A DNA stretch of 20,000 bases, from the NCBI GenBank assembly GCA_038087875.1, contig JAXLNO010000158.1, forward strand, positions 54,079 through 74,078. Direction: 5' to 3'. Origin of the DNA: Malacoraja senta (lineage: Eukaryota). Position 1 is the first letter of the stretch. Each line of letters opens with the position of its first letter. The notes beneath the pieces were generated by a model. The model saw only the letters and a program-made list of their open reading frames with translations, made no database searches and was not told where the DNA came from. A program made the translations under genes and the position numbers. Of the stretch, positions 8,142 to 18,476 are shown piece by piece.

Positions 8142-8265
8142 AGATAGACACAAAAAGCTGGAGTATCTCAGCGAGACAGGCAGAATCTCTGAAGAGAAGG
8201 GATGGGAGCGTTATTCAAGCACTTTGTGTCCATCTTTTGTTGAAACCAGCACCTGCAGTTCCTTC
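8142..8265. mobile_element. Fold-back Penelope-terminus derivative with an internal deletion
   Basis: Inverted arms GATAGACACAAAAAGCTGGA and CAAGCACTTTGTGTCCATC, followed by AAACCAGCACCTGCAGTTCCTTC. TSD TTAATGAAGG at 8132-8141 and 8266-8275, with a third copy at 8276-8285. Confidence 0.75.
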
Positions 8266-8292
8266 TTAATGAAGGTTAATGAAGGTTAGAGA

Positions 8293-8312
8293 AGATAGAT
8301 AGATAGATAGAT
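8293..8312. repeat. (AGAT)5 microsatellite
   Basis: AGATAGATAGATAGATAGAT. Confidence 0.9.
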
Positions 8313-8345
8313 GGGTGGAGAGAAAGATGGAAAGAAATCAATCAA

Positions 8346-8431
8346 TCTGAAGAAGGGTTCGACCCAAAACAACCTTTTTCTCCAGAGATGCTGCCTGACC
8401 AGCTGAGTTACTCCAGCACTTTATGTCTATC
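8346..8431 (+). mobile_element. Penelope-like terminal-repeat fragment
   Basis: TCTGAAGAAGGGTTCGACCCAAAAC...TCTCCAGAGATGCTGCCTGACCAGCTGAGTTACTCCAGCACTTTATGTCTATC. Confidence 0.8.
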
Positions 8432-9328
8432 GCCAGAAGGACAAACAGCCAGACAAACAGATGGATAGAGAGAATGATGGAGAGCACAAGTAAAGGAAAA
8501 TAAACTTTATGAAAGACAAATGGAGAGCAAAAAATAAAGGAATGTAAAAGCTATAAAATGCAGATCTGTAGAAATGACCTAGCAAGTCTGGTGGTGCTAA
8601 TGGAGCTGATAAATATTGAGCTAATATTATAGAACTGATCTGTTCTGATACTAACAGAAAACGAGCTAGCAAAAAATATGACTTGAATATTGAGAATTCC
8701 AAAAAGTATGGATTGTTGCAGCAGAAGACCAAGTTTAACTTGAAGCTGCACACTTGTAAACAGTCAGCTGGTCCTCTACCTCTAACATCAGACTGGTCAT
8801 CCTGATGAGGCAAAGAGTGTTGGGTCATACACAGGCCATCAGAGTGGACAGGAAGGTGTAAAACTGGATTACAGCCCTTGTGGTTTCTGCTACCTATGCT
8901 TATAACAACTAAAAAGCGCTACTTATTTTCCCTCAAATTACAGCCAATTATAAAGTTGCCATTTACAGGGTGTTAGGTGTTGTGTGGATTCTGGGCAGAG
9001 GCAGGTTCCTACAGCAGTTTGCACCTCATTAAGGTGCAGTTTCCTTGTGTCCTACAGCACCTCTAACTGGTATCAGGTTACAATTTGCTTCACTCAGCAC
9101 TGGCTGCAATAACAAAGTGAAAAGCACCTCGTTAAGATCTCCTCATTCAACCTGTCTGAGAAATTGTCAGTAAAGGTGTTGACAGGATGACAGGCCTCAC
9201 ATTCCCCCCCCAGAAGTGGCTTGTTGTCCAATTTCTAAAGATCCAGGGTTGCCACGTGTACGGGATCATCCCTGATTTTTCTAAGGATTTCTCTGGCAGC
9301 TTGAGTGATGTGGTATCACCATAATGTG

Positions 9329-9525
9329 GAAACAAAGAACTGCAGATACTGCTTTATTCCAAAGATAGACACATAATGCTGGAGTCACCGAGCGGGTCAG
9401 GCAGCATCTCTGGAGAAAGAGGACAGGTTACGCTGAAGAAGGATCCCGACCCGCAACGTCATCTGCCCATTTTCTCCAGAGATGCTACCTGACCCGCTGA
9501 GTTATCCAGCACTTTGAATCTATCT
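9329..9525. mobile_element. Fold-back Penelope-terminus derivative
   Basis: Inverted arms of about 55 bp (9363-9418 versus 9471-9524) surround CTGAAGAAGGATCCCGACCCGCAACGTC at 9433. Imperfect 13-bp TSD TCACC(A/G)TA(A/T)TGTG at 9316-9328 and 9526-9538. Confidence 0.8.
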
Positions 9526-9849
9526 TCACCGTATTGTGTGTTGCCATGTGCAGTTCTGAGCAGGGCCACACGGGCAATCATCTTGCAGATTAGAGGTTAA
9601 CACAAAAGCAGTTTGGTTGTGTGCAGTACCAGTTAACACCTCTCTGATGATGGTCAAAATGTAGCTGTTACTGTCCATCCTCACTGGATAGATTGATAAT
9701 AACCCTATTCTTTGAAGCATGTAGAAAGTGTGGTTTGAAGTAAGCCTCTGTGTGCCTGAGGTGTCATCTGATGACAAGTGAGTGATGTCTCGGAAGGATC
9801 CAATTTCCAAATCTTCTGCTGCTATAGAGGTCGGCAGGTAAAACAAGAT

Positions 9850-9910
9850 GCGGGGATCGCTGGTTGGTGCTGACTCTGAGGGCTGAAGGGCCTGTTTCCG
9901 CGCTGTATCT
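9850..9910 (+). mobile_element. V-SINE 3' fragment
   Basis: GCGGGGATCGCTGGTTGGTGC..GGGCTGAAGGGCCTGTTTCCGCGCTGTATCT is the reverse complement of about 15911-15972. Confidence 0.8.
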
Positions 9911-9938
9911 TTTTCAAAGAAAGAACATGAACTTCTGA

Positions 9939-10002
9939 TTGAGTTTGAGTTTAGTTTATTGTCACGTGCACCGAGGTACAGTGAAAAACTTTTGTTGCAT
10001 GC
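9939..10002 (-). mobile_element. Rex/Babar-like LINE 3' tail
   Basis: Plus strand TTTAGTTTATTGTCACGTGCACCGAGGTACAGTGAAAAACTTTTGTTGCATGC, the same family as 631-702. Confidence 0.75.
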
Positions 10003-10069
10003 AAGCCAGCATCGTGAAACTCAATTTGCCTTCACAAGAAGGCAAGAGGTGGAAAGGGAACTCAATAAA

Positions 10070-10195
10070 TCTGAAGAAGGGTTTCGGCCCGAAACGTTGC
10101 CTATTTCCTTCGCTCCATAGATGCTGCTGCACCCGCTGAGTTTCTCCAGCATTTTTGTGTACCTTTGATTTTCCAGCATCTGCAGTTCCTTCTTT
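10070..10195 (+). mobile_element. Young Penelope-like terminal-repeat insertion
   Basis: Perfect 13-bp TSD AACTCAATAAATC (10059-10071 and 10196-10208). CpGs are intact. Ends CCAGCATCTGCAGTTCCTTCTT. Confidence 0.85.
10071..10099 (+). ncRNA. Minimal type-I hammerhead ribozyme-like core
   Basis: CUGAAGA-A-GGGU-UUCG-GCCC-GAAAC-GUU: CUGANGA box, stem II, GAAA box and palindromic AACGUU in place of stem III. Stem I is not convincing in this copy. Confidence 0.6.
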
Positions 10196-11114
10196 AACTC
10201 AATAAATCAAACTCTGCCCAAACACTCAGGGGAGATCTTTGCTTGATTGGTGGCGGTCAAGGGTTTTGGTCACCTGTTATAGTCACTGCCTAACATTGAC
10301 TTATGTGGATGTGGATACACAGGAAGCGAGTACGCCCACCCTGGAGCATTATTATCCAAAGAGTATTCTCCCCCAAAGCATTTCCACTTCCTTTAACAAA
10401 GGCCGCCACTTGTACCATTTTCGGCTGAGCAAGGAAATAACGCAGGGATGCACAAAATTGTGCTGGAGGAGTTGCTTGGGTAATATCCTGTGTGAAGGTA
10501 GATTACTTGTCAGATTACTAATGAGACATCGCTGCAGGCCCTGGCTCAGGAGTTCAGCTGTCTTTAATTTTCATACACTTCATGTTTATATTAATTTTTC
10601 GGTGTCGCAAGGTATGATGCAACCCAGGGGTCACCTCAAGTGGAATTTTTTTTAAGCATGCTATATCTTGTCTGGAAAATAGAGCAGTGTGAAAAAGAAA
10701 TAAAAGAAATAGCAATACATACGAGCTCATGCAAAAGTTGAGTGCTTTACATTCATTATTGTTCAACTCAAAGGTGCAGAGATGAAACTATTTGTGTGAC
10801 ATTAAAAAATCTCACAGGTGCAAAAATATCAGTGAAATCTGACCCACTTGTAATTGCCAATGTGGTCGTAGAGCTAGGTTTAAGGTTACCTTAAATCTAA
10901 ATCTATAATAAAATATTCTTGCTGGAGTTCTCTAAACATTAAGTCATGTGAGTTTACACAAAGTATTTTATTCAGTGCAGAGAATTTTGTTTGCGTAGCT
11001 GACCCCGACTAGGGTGACCAAAGTACAGCAAATAGTTTCAGTGTTTCTGAGAGGTAGCAGAGAAAAAATCATCAAATGTTCCTGCTCCTGGTTTCTGTGT
11101 GTGTTTTTTACCTA

Positions 11115-11353
11115 TTCATTCACGGACTGCAGATGTCACTGGCATTTACTCACCATTCCTAAGTGAACCCTGAACTGGAGTGGCTTCCATTTCAGAGGAG
11201 TTAAGGGTCACATCACATTGCTGGGTCCAGAGCCACATATGGTCCAGATCAGGTAAGGATGGTGGATTTCTTCCCCCAAAGGACGTTACTGAAACAGATG
11301 GGTTTATATGTCAATCCAACAGTTTCATGGCCACCATTATCAGGACAAACTTT
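11115..11353 (-). mobile_element. Old interspersed repeat (SINE-like), family unassigned
   Basis: Resembles a recalled chondrichthyan repeat (..CCATTTCAGAGG..TTAAG.GTCA..CACATTGCTG..CAGGTAAGGATGG..) with a (TGAA)n-type tail on the minus strand. Single copy here. Confidence 0.45.
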
Positions 11354-11354
11354 A

Positions 11355-11689
11355 AGAGTTGTAGAGTCATACACCCAGCAAGGAAACAGGCCCTTCAGCC
11401 CAACTTGACCATGCTAACCAAGATGTCTAAGATAGTACCATTTGCCTGTGTTTGGCCCATGTCCCTCTAAACCTTTCCTGTCTCAGTACCTGCCTCAAGT
11501 ACCCCTTCTGGCAGTTCATTCCATATACCCACCACCCTCTCAGTGACAAAGTTGCCCATCAAGTTCCTTTTAAATCTTGCCCCTCTCATCTTAAACCTCT
11601 GGCCTCTGGTGCTTGATTCCCCAACCCTGGGTAAAAGTCTCAACATTCACAATCTATTCCCATCGTGATTTTAAGCACCTCTATAAGAT
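11355..11689 (-). mobile_element. CR1 3' fragment
   Basis: GGAAACAGGCCCTTCAGCCC tail, collinear with 11907-12264. Confidence 0.85.
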
Positions 11690-11908
11690 TTAATAGTTAG
11701 TTAGTTTATTTAGTTTATTGTCACATATTTTTTAGTTGTGTGCTATCCAATTAACAGAAAGACTACAATCATGCCGTATACAGTGCACAGATACAGGATA
11801 AAGGGGATACATTTAGTGCAAGATAAAGTCCAGTAAATTCTAATTAAAGATAGTCCAAAAGTCTCCAATGAGGTCGATGGCAGGTCAGGACCACTCTCTA
11901 GTTGGTGA
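11690..11908 (-). mobile_element. Rex/Babar-like LINE 3' UTR fragment
   Basis: TAGTTTATTGTCAC...CAGATACAGGATAAAGGG..TAGTGCAAGATAAAGTCCAGTAAA aligns with 368-593. Confidence 0.75.
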
Positions 11909-12264
11909 GTCATACAGTGTGGAAACAGGCCCTTCGGCCTAACCTGGTCCCACTGACCAACATGTCCCATCTACACTAGTCCCACCTGCCTGTGTTTGAC
12001 CTATATCTCTCCAAACCTGTCCTATCCATATACCTGTCGAAATGTTTCTTAAACGTTGCGATAGTACCAGCCTCAACTACCTCCTCCGGCAGCGCGTTCC
12101 ATACCCCCACCATCCTTTGTGTGAAAAAGTTACCCCTCAGGTTCCTATTAAAAATCTTTCCCCCCCTCACCTTTAACCTATGTCCTCTGGTTCTCGATTC
12201 CCCAACTCTGAGCAAGAGACTGTGCGTCTACCCGATCTATTCCTCTCTATACAACTCTATAAGA
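11907..12264 (-). mobile_element. CR1 3' fragment
   Basis: Minus ORF 11976-12215 (GESRTRGHRLKVRG..GNFFTQRMVGVWNALPEEVVEAGTIATFKKHFDRYMD) is the CR1 ORF2 C-terminus. Confidence 0.92.
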
Positions 12265-13051
12265 ATACTCCTATGCAATTAGTGGTATATGTTGGTGTTA
12301 TGACTATCAACAGGAAAGTGTCATACATCCATACTAAAGTGAATTACTCATGGATGTACCCCAACAAATTTCCTGATGGGTATGATTTCATCCAGAAATA
12401 ATCGCAAGCTCAAAATCTAACATGGGAATATTTTCATGAGCAATTTGCAAATAATAAAAAGGCAATAATAGATCAAAGTTCAAGGGCATTGTTTTTCCCT
12501 TTCCTACTCTGTCCCACGATGCATCCTATATCATCTCTTCTCAGTCACAGTTGATGCCCGTGATGTTGACATGAGTAGTTAAAAACAAGTGTAGCTTTTG
12601 TTTAAAGTGGAATTAGAGAAAAGGGGAATAATTAAACCAAAGCATACAGATGTAGTTCAGTCAAGGTCTGTGATGTTATAGGGTAGTTTTTTTTCCCTCA
12701 CAGAGCTGGATTAGAAAAGGAGAGAAAATATTGGTGCAGGTACAAGATTATTAGCATGTTATCTGTCAGTCTTCTGATTTACATTCCAACTGAACTGCAG
12801 CTGATGGAAAGCGAGTGGAGTTTATAACATGTGGTTGGCTGGATAGTGCCCAGTTTATGTGCTTGTCAAAGCTGTATGATCTGTACTGTGAGTGAGAGGT
12901 GAACTGAGTTTAGAAGCGACGTGAAACTAGTTGCCATTTGACCTAAATGTACAGGCAAAATTCAACACCCAATCTAAAGTCATAAACTTGAATTGCTTTT
13001 TTTGATACAGGAAATCTGATATGGGCCAGAGACAAATATTATTGCACTAGG

Positions 13052-13319
13052 AAAGACACAAAACGCTGGAGTAATTCAGCAAGTCAGGCCGCATCCATGG
13101 AGCACATGGATAGGTGATGTCTCAGGACCCTTCTTCAGCTGCTCCACTGAGTATCGCCTCAAGGTATCTCAACTTTGAAGAAGTTCTCCTCCCTAAGGAA
13201 GGGGTGCGACCCAAAAAGTCACCTATCCATGTTATCCAACGATGCTGCCTGGCCCGCTGAATTACTCCTGCATTTGGTACCTTTTCTTGGTAAACCAGCA
13301 TCTGCAGTTCCTTGTTTCC
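13052..13319. mobile_element. Fold-back Penelope-terminus derivative, older
   Basis: Inverted copies of the terminus at 13052-13138 (-) and about 13195-13319 (+). Imperfect TSD ATATTAT(T/C)GCACT at 13036-13048 and 13320-13332. Confidence 0.75.
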
Positions 13320-13385
13320 ATATTATCGCACTGGGGTTTGTTGAAAACACCTTTCTTCACGAGCAACTAATACCGTTATTGGCCC

Positions 13386-13744
13386 GAAGATAGACACAAA
13401 ATGCTGGAGTAGCTCAGCAGGACAGGCAGCATTTCTGGAGATAAGCAATGGGTGATGTTTCGGGTCGAGATCTTCTTCAAACTGATGTCAGAGGAGAGGG
13501 AGATACATAGATAAGGAAGTGGAGTGTGAAAATAGGACAAATGGAATGGAGATCAAGGAAAATGTAGAATAGATCATTATTAGCTGGGAGAAGTTAACGA
13601 CAAAGCAAACAGAGATAAAATATAGTTCCACAGTACGACTGGTCAGGGAACTGGGAAGGGGGAGGGATGGAGGGAGAGGGGAAGCAAGTGTTACGAAGTT
13701 AGAGAGGTCAATGTCATACCGCTGGGGTGTAAGCTGCCCAAGCA
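13386..13744 (-). mobile_element. Penelope-like element 3' fragment
   Basis: The minus strand encodes LGSLHPSGM.. (PLE ORF C-terminus, compare 18890-18945), then a pyrimidine-rich UTR and the terminal repeat. Perfect 10-bp TSD TTATTGGCCC (13376-13385 and 13745-13754). Confidence 0.85.
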
Positions 13745-15788
13745 TTATTGGCCCATCCAGAAGCTTATTATCAAGGACTTCCCGGGACCTGTATTGAGAG
13801 CACAGGATGGAAAGCGTATGTCAATTGCCTGGTCCTCAGCCCTACGTCCACATAGCCAGGGTGGAACAGCTGGTAGTAATCCTAGGATATGAAATCAAGA
13901 TGGTCGCTGCACACTTCACTTCACAGTTACTATGTTGAGCATTCATCATTTGTGCTAAATCACGTCGCTACAGGATGAAAAGCTGGCAAAGTCCAAAAGA
14001 GCATCCTCCAGGTGCTATAAGGAGGAACATTGGCACCAGGGGCTTTTGCAAGGAATTAAGCTTCATGTGTGGTGGGAGTGTATATGAGACTCAAAATGTT
14101 AAACAATATGAAGAATGATTGCAGGTAAATAGTGATTAAATGTCACAGGCACATCTGCAAGCACCTCTGGGCCTGGAATCGACATAGAATGTAACTGGTG
14201 CTGGGATATTATGAAGTTTGTGACTGGGTTAGGTAGCATTGGTGGGTGTAATTATACCAACTCCCAATCTTTGAAGGCCGAAGGTGGATTCCACAGAGTG
14301 GAATCCTTTGGAGACTTGTTCCAGGTCTGTTACATCAGTGGAGCTAACGTGTAGCTGTACTATTTCTGGCCGTATAACGTATTACAGATGACTACCTCGC
14401 AATAATTTGAGCTTCAGGCCGTCTCTTGGGCAAAGCTCCGTGTTGCACTGGATTTGATTTCTAACTGTGCCAAACTGTCGGTCAAGTCCATTAAACACTA
14501 TTGCTCCCCTCATTCACACTCAAGTACTTAAGGTGCTGACAGATATACCTTATATATAAAGATTACCCCGATTATCCATTTTTTCCATGCTGGGCATGTG
14601 CAATTAAAGAGTAAACAGTCCAGTTTGCCTTGCATTCTAACAGTGATAAATTCTCTTTAATAAATGCAGTAATATTTTAAATTGTCTCTATTTTTAATTT
14701 ATAATGATTCATTGAGAGTCTTGTGTTCTGGCTCATAGCCAGCATCCTTGCAGAATATACTCAGCAGCAGTTGCCCAAGGCTGCCTTCCTGTCTCTGTAA
14801 TATAAATATGATATAGGCCTGAAATTTTGAGTATCATATTTTCGGACTTGCTGCTGAGATCCTGTGAAACCGAACATAATCCTTAGGCAGGAAAGGCATT
14901 TAAAAGTTATAGCCTCAGCCCTCCCATTTGGAGCCATTTAGTTAAATTAAGGAATGCATGATGTCATGACCTACAGCGGTGAACTTATTAGTGTCAGTCT
15001 GCGTAAAGGAATAAAAAGCAAGGAGCATTTCTACAGTGTAAATTCTTCAATTAAACATAATTAAAGGAAAATGGCAATCAGATTGACTTCTCCCAGGGCC
15101 TGCATTTCACAATGTTTCCTTTCTTGTCAATACGTCTTCAGCAAACCCCTTCAGGTGAGGATAGACCAGAGCGCTCCCCTGTAACAGGGCCGTAACCTGA
15201 TACTTCCTTCCTGTCGGATTAGGATCGCATCGTCAATATCATGTCAAGGCGAGATGGCAACAGTGGTGTTTACAAAATTAACAAATGGATTTCAAGTTAA
15301 ATGCTGGCCAATTTGTGCAACAGATTTTCTGGGCAATGACCAGGCTCAAGGGATTAGTGCAGGTAATCACACTGACCGCATTTTCCGACAGAGTACTCCT
15401 GTCACTTCAATATCCCCTTTCTTTCCTACTTCTGGAGAAGATTGGTAAGCAAATTTGAATCAGGTGCCAGTTTATAGAAGAATCGCCTGTGTTAGACTCT
15501 GGTAACCTGAGCTTTGAAAAACAGTGGGTCTATTTTCATTCAGCACGCAGAAGTTTTTAAAGGGTTAGGAATTCAAGTTTGTTCAAGTAACATTATTTAT
15601 TTTCTATATTAAAAAAAAAACTCCTGATCACTGCCTCATTAGCTGACTCAGCGGAGGAAGAAACCAGGGCACAACGATACAGCACCTGTGTGAGGGAAAG
15701 AGAAACAAAATCAGCCCGGTATTCGAACCGCCATTCCTTTTTAGTGCACTCTCGTGAGCAGTGAATGCGAGAGGATGATAGGATTGAC

Positions 15789-16190
15789 TTAGTTCAGTTT
15801 AGTTTAGTGATACAGCGTGGAAACAGGCCCTTCGGCCCACCAGGTCCACGCCGACAAATGATCACCTGAACACTTGTTCTATCCTACACAGTTTAGTTTA
15901 GCTGAGTTTAGAGATGCAGCGCGGAAACAGGCCCTTCAGCCCACCAACTCCGCGCCGACCAGCGATCCCCGCGCAGTAGCACTATCCCACACACACTAGG
16001 GACAATTTATAATTTTACCAAGCCAATTAACCTACTAACCCGCACGGCTTCAGTCTGTGGGAGGAAACCAGAGCACCCGAATAAAACCCACGCGGTCACA
16101 GGAAGAACGTACAAACTCCACACTGACAGTGCCCGCAGTCAGGGATGAACCCGAGTCTCTGGCACTGTAAGGCAGCAACTCTACTGGGTG
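15789..16190 (-). mobile_element. V-SINE (about 15892-16190) plus an adjacent second 3' fragment (about 15789-15890)
   Basis: Reverse complement of the SINE at 16816-17110. B-box-like GGTTCATCC, V-domain, and two GGAAACAGGCCCTTC tails each ending in (CTAAA)n. Confidence 0.9.
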
Positions 16191-16281
16191 CTTGATGCCC
16201 CTTGTATGAAAGAGTGTGCTAGCAAATTCACATTGGCACACCGTCAATTGAATTATTTTCTGCTGCTTTTGCTCTTGTGTT

Positions 16282-16725
16282 GGTCGTCTGTGGTTCAGTT
16301 GGCAGACCTCTTGCCCCTGAATCAAAAGATTGTGGGTTGAAGTCCCACGTCAGGGACTTGAGCATGGAAATGCAGACCTTTTTTTTCCAACGCAGTAACT
16401 GAAGTGTGCTCTTCTCTGGGAGGTGCTTGCTGCTTTCTCAAATGGATGTCATAGAACCCCTGGCAGTATTTTAAGGAAGGTCGTGAATATTATCCCCAAT
16501 GCCCTGGCCAATATTTATCCTCAATCAACAACACTTAAAAAATAAACCTCAGATAATCTGCCTATTATCACAGTGCTATTTTCGGACAATGTTATGTACT
16601 AATCGGAAGCACGCTTCCTTTTAACAGGGACAACATTTCCTTGGCATTTCATTGGTTGTAAAGCCCTTTGAGACTTCCTGAGGGTGTGAAAGGTGTCAAA
16701 TGATTGAAGGACTTTCTTTCTTTTT
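16282..16725 (+). mobile_element. DeuSINE (SacSINE1/AmnSINE1-like), old and near full-length
   Basis: tRNA-like head TGGTTCAGTTGG...GGGTTGAAGTCCCAC, Deu-like core TGGATGT..A..CCCCTGGCAGTATTTT..CCTGGCCAATATTTATCCTCAA, tail TTCATTGGTTGTAAAGCCCTTTGAGACTTCCTGAGG.TGTGAAAGGTG. Recognised from the recalled consensus. Confidence 0.75.
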
Positions 16726-16815
16726 GAGTATCTGGATATAAATTAACCTCTTCAGAATGAAGGGAACTCTTCTGCACTACGGAATTATTTGAAACTGCTC
16801 ATTCCTTAGAACAGA

Positions 16816-17110
16816 GGATGGCACAGCGGCGCAGTGGTAGAGTTGTAGACCTGGGGTTCAATCCTGACTACGGGTGCTGTCTGTACGGAGTTTGTACATT
16901 CTCCCTGTGACCATGTGGGGTTTTTCCGGGTGCCCTGGTTTTCTCCCACACTCCAAAGACGTGTGGGTTTGTAGGTTAATTGGTTTCTGTAAATTTCCCC
17001 TAGGGTGTAGGATGCAAAACTGGGATAACATAGAACTAGTGTACAGGTGATCACTGGTCGGCATGGACTTGTGGGACGAAGGGCTTGTTTCCACGCTTTA
17101 TCTATAAACT
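16816..17110 (+). mobile_element. V-SINE (HE1-like), near full-length
   Basis: GGCACAGCGGCGCAGTGGTAGAG head, B-box GGTTCAATCC (16855-16864), V-domain and CR1-like tail. It has a deletion between the A and B boxes relative to the 3237 copy. Confidence 0.9.
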
Positions 17111-17835
17111 GAACAGGTACCTTAACATGCAAACAAAATTCAGCACTGAGAGGGTTACAGTGTATTGAGGATTTCAGAGTGTTTTATGTAAATTAATACT
17201 CTATTAAATTAGCTCAGTATCAATCCAGATATTTAAACAATCAAGCCACAAGGTTATTTATATCATCTCTGCAAAGCAGTGTTCCACTACATAAGACGTG
17301 CACACATTTTATTTGATTTATTCCAGTAATTAGCATTTGTCTAATTCTTGTCCTTCTAATAATACTGCCAGACTTAATTTAAGGAGAAAAATGGGCAGCA
17401 TTTTTCTTTATACAAGACAGCCTCATGCTTCCCGTAAGTTTTGATCTCAATCGTCAAAATACCAATTCTGAATAATGAGTTCATCAGCTGCCACATATAT
17501 TTTGCCCTGACAGCATTTCTTGTCTCAGAATGTGTTAAGGCATGATTCTTGTGACTGTGATTCTGGGTTGCTGCAGTTGAACTTTTTTTGACTTTTGCAT
17601 TAGCACGTAACGTGTCTGAGTTAAAGTGCTATTGCTCTTCCATCCTCAGACCAGCCATCATTCTTATGAGGGTTGCTTATATCGGGGGTTTCTGCTTGAA
17701 CCAATTGTAAGTTCTGCCATGTCTGATGAACTGTGCTTATTAAAAGTTTTTTTCAACATTTTTTATAGGCATTTGATGAGGTACCCATGAAGTGTTAAAA
17801 AGTGCACAGACATGCTTTCTTTCATACAATAGCAT

Positions 17836-17884
17836 TTTTAGTTTAGTTTAGACAGTGTGGAAACAGGGCCTTCGGCCCATCGAG
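17836..17884 (-). mobile_element. SINE/CR1 extreme 3' tail
   Basis: TTTAGTTTAGTTTAGACAGTGTGGAAACAGGGCCTTCGGCCCA. Confidence 0.75.
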
Positions 17885-18135
17885 CTATCAACATTGACTG
17901 AGCATGAAAAATTCTGTGCCTCGAGTTTTACTATACAGTACATGGTTAAACCCACACCTTAATTTTAAAATCCACACATTTCTTTTCAAATACAAGGCTT
18001 GTCTGGCCTTGTCTCCCTTTTCCGATGTTTTCAACTCTAACCACTTTATTGTATTCGCTATTCTTGGTTTCTAATAAACCATAAACTGAATTCATCGGGC
18101 ATTGGAGGTTATATTTTCAGTTGGCAAGTCAATGG

Positions 18136-18262
18136 TTTAGTTTAGTTTAAGTTTAGTTTAGTTTATCGTCATGTGTACCAAGGTACAGTTAAAAGCTTTT
18201 TGTTGCACGCTAACCAGTCAGCGGAAATACTATACTTGATTTCAATCGAGCAGTTCACAGTG
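18136..18262 (-). mobile_element. Rex/Babar-like LINE 3' tail
   Basis: (GTTTA)n then TCGTCATGTGTACCAAGGTACAGTTAAAAGCTTTT, the same family as 368-593. Confidence 0.75.
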
Positions 18263-18476
18263 AGATTAAGAAGAGCATAGTTAAAGTAAGAAATGTTGCT
18301 GTTGGAGTAGTTTAGAAGAGTGGAGCGATTGTGATGAGTGATTGCAGATCCACTTGTGGGACCAGAATGGAGAGAGTCACTTGGCTTGGGCACCATCTTG
18401 CTTTTCCTGGAATTCTCTCCCTAAGATCTCTCTGCCTCTTTGGCTATTTAATATGTACCTTACCTCTCTATCCCAA

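Noticed and set aside
8430..8860. 133-aa minus ORF or decayed Penelope fragment
   Set aside because: The ORF reflects purine-rich low-complexity sequence. The PLE resemblance is too faint to support a call.
9526..9846. 106-aa minus ORF or possible exon in unique sequence
   Set aside because: No recognisable domain and no consistent splice-site pair.
13974..14130. Possible exon after CAG at about 13973
   Set aside because: Weak polypyrimidine tract, unrecognisable translation, and a stop in the frame examined.
14286..14306. 9-bp perfect hairpin GGATTCCAC-AGA-GTGGAATCC
   Set aside because: It is isolated and compatible with chance in 20 kb.
15712..15732. Orphan B-box-like GGTTCGAATAC on the minus strand
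   Set aside because: There is no A box, tRNA fold or SINE body nearby.
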